A stretch of DNA of 64,000 nt from Phoronis australis. Lineage: Eukaryota; Animalia; Phoronida. The notes under the pieces were generated by a model. The model was not told the origin of the DNA. It saw only the letters and a program-made list of their open reading frames with translations, and ran no database searches. Below are positions 63,004 through 64,000 of the stretch, in pieces. Every line of letters begins with the position of its first letter. The stretch's first letter is position 1. Position numbers and translations under genes: made by a program. The DNA is taken from positions 642,045 to 706,044 of the forward strand of contig NMRA01000134.1 in the NCBI GenBank assembly GCA_002633005.1, given 5' to 3'.

Positions 63004-64000
63004 TTCCATTGAATGTTGTGTTTTAAATAGCTACTTACCAAGCAATATTTGTTATAATGCCCTTTCTGATTCTGTTGTATTCACCCACAAAGGGGCCTAT
63101 TACCTCACAGCTATACACTGTTACTGTGCTAATATCTACTTTAACTTAGTCTGCCATTTGTCATTCTGATACGACTAAAGCAATGAATTGCAACTGACTT
63201 GAAGAAAATAAAAAAATTGAACGAGGCATGATGAAACACTTTTTATTTGTCTGCAGCCCTGCACTTCAAAAGCTTGTCTAATCGTACAAAGCAATTTTCT
63301 AGCTCTGCAAATGAAGACCAATGATTTCAAGGTTTGGGAATTGATTATGCAGAGTTTGTTTGGCATGGATATGCACTCTACAACATTCTGCGTCATACTC
63401 TTGTGACTGTTATGCTTTTCCAAAATTCTGTGTTATACTTTTGTGGCTACTACCAGGCTGTATGATGTTAAACGCGTCATACGCTTGTGAGTACTATGGT
63501 TTAACCCATGTGATATGAAATCAGGTTTGTTTGAGCAGCTAGTTTTTGCTAGGTTCACATGATTGGAGAAAACGCTACAAGTTTTTCAGGGTCATTTTTC
63601 TCCAACAGTTAGTTTCCTGACCACCCGAATAGCATTTAGTGAAAAAGTTGATGTGGAAACACATTCACTCTGCGAACGCAACATGGGCCTCCTTTCCTTT
63701 AAACCCATGTGTCTCCTTTGAAAGTAAGCAGTCTGGCTACAAAAGTGCTTAGTACTGAAAACACCAGCAATTTTGGAGTAATTCTAACCACCATACATCA
63801 AAGCACCATCAAAAGGGACGCTTGTAACCGTTTGCATGTCTTCCGTTTTTCACTACTGGCAAAAGTGCTAGCAAAAACGCTAGCGTTGTAGTCAGTCTGT
63901 GCATGGGGGGTGGGGTTATTTGTCTTGAAAGATTTAATTGCACTTAGGATGCAGTTCTCATACTGCAGTCTTCTCTTTGTTTTACATACAGCTAGCAGTT

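Noticed and set aside
62638-63169. CV- and HT-repeat ORFs
   Set aside because: Microsatellite translations.

Overview
Intron-rich, AT-rich animal genomic DNA, probably a marine spiralian/lophotrochozoan (inferred from the nuclear-receptor type). Most six-frame ORFs are spurious; the gene models below were assembled by hand from GT-AG junctions and phase matching. Four protein-coding genes are supported: (1) the last five coding exons of an NR1-class nuclear receptor (+, 685-11384; the first zinc finger lies upstream of the window); (2) a complete 10-exon class I Rab11-FIP with C2 domain, NPF motifs and RBD (+, 18843-41854, about 504 aa); (3) NUPR1/p8 (-, 54548-51162, 65 aa, second coding exon apparently just the stop codon); (4) the first coding exon of a KIF21-like kinesin (+, 58928-58983). 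Introns and intergenic DNA contain a decayed DD37D (maT) Tc1/mariner element, many MITEs, two THAP relics, minisatellites and microsatellites. Two duplications joined by a single N look like uncollapsed haplotypes. The most unusual observations are tandem arrays seeded at splice-donor junctions (two clear cases, one possible), two long hairpins with hammerhead-ribozyme-like cores (probable Penelope relics), and a MITE carrying a tRNA-Met-like Pol III promoter. No database searches were run; family names come from recognised motifs.
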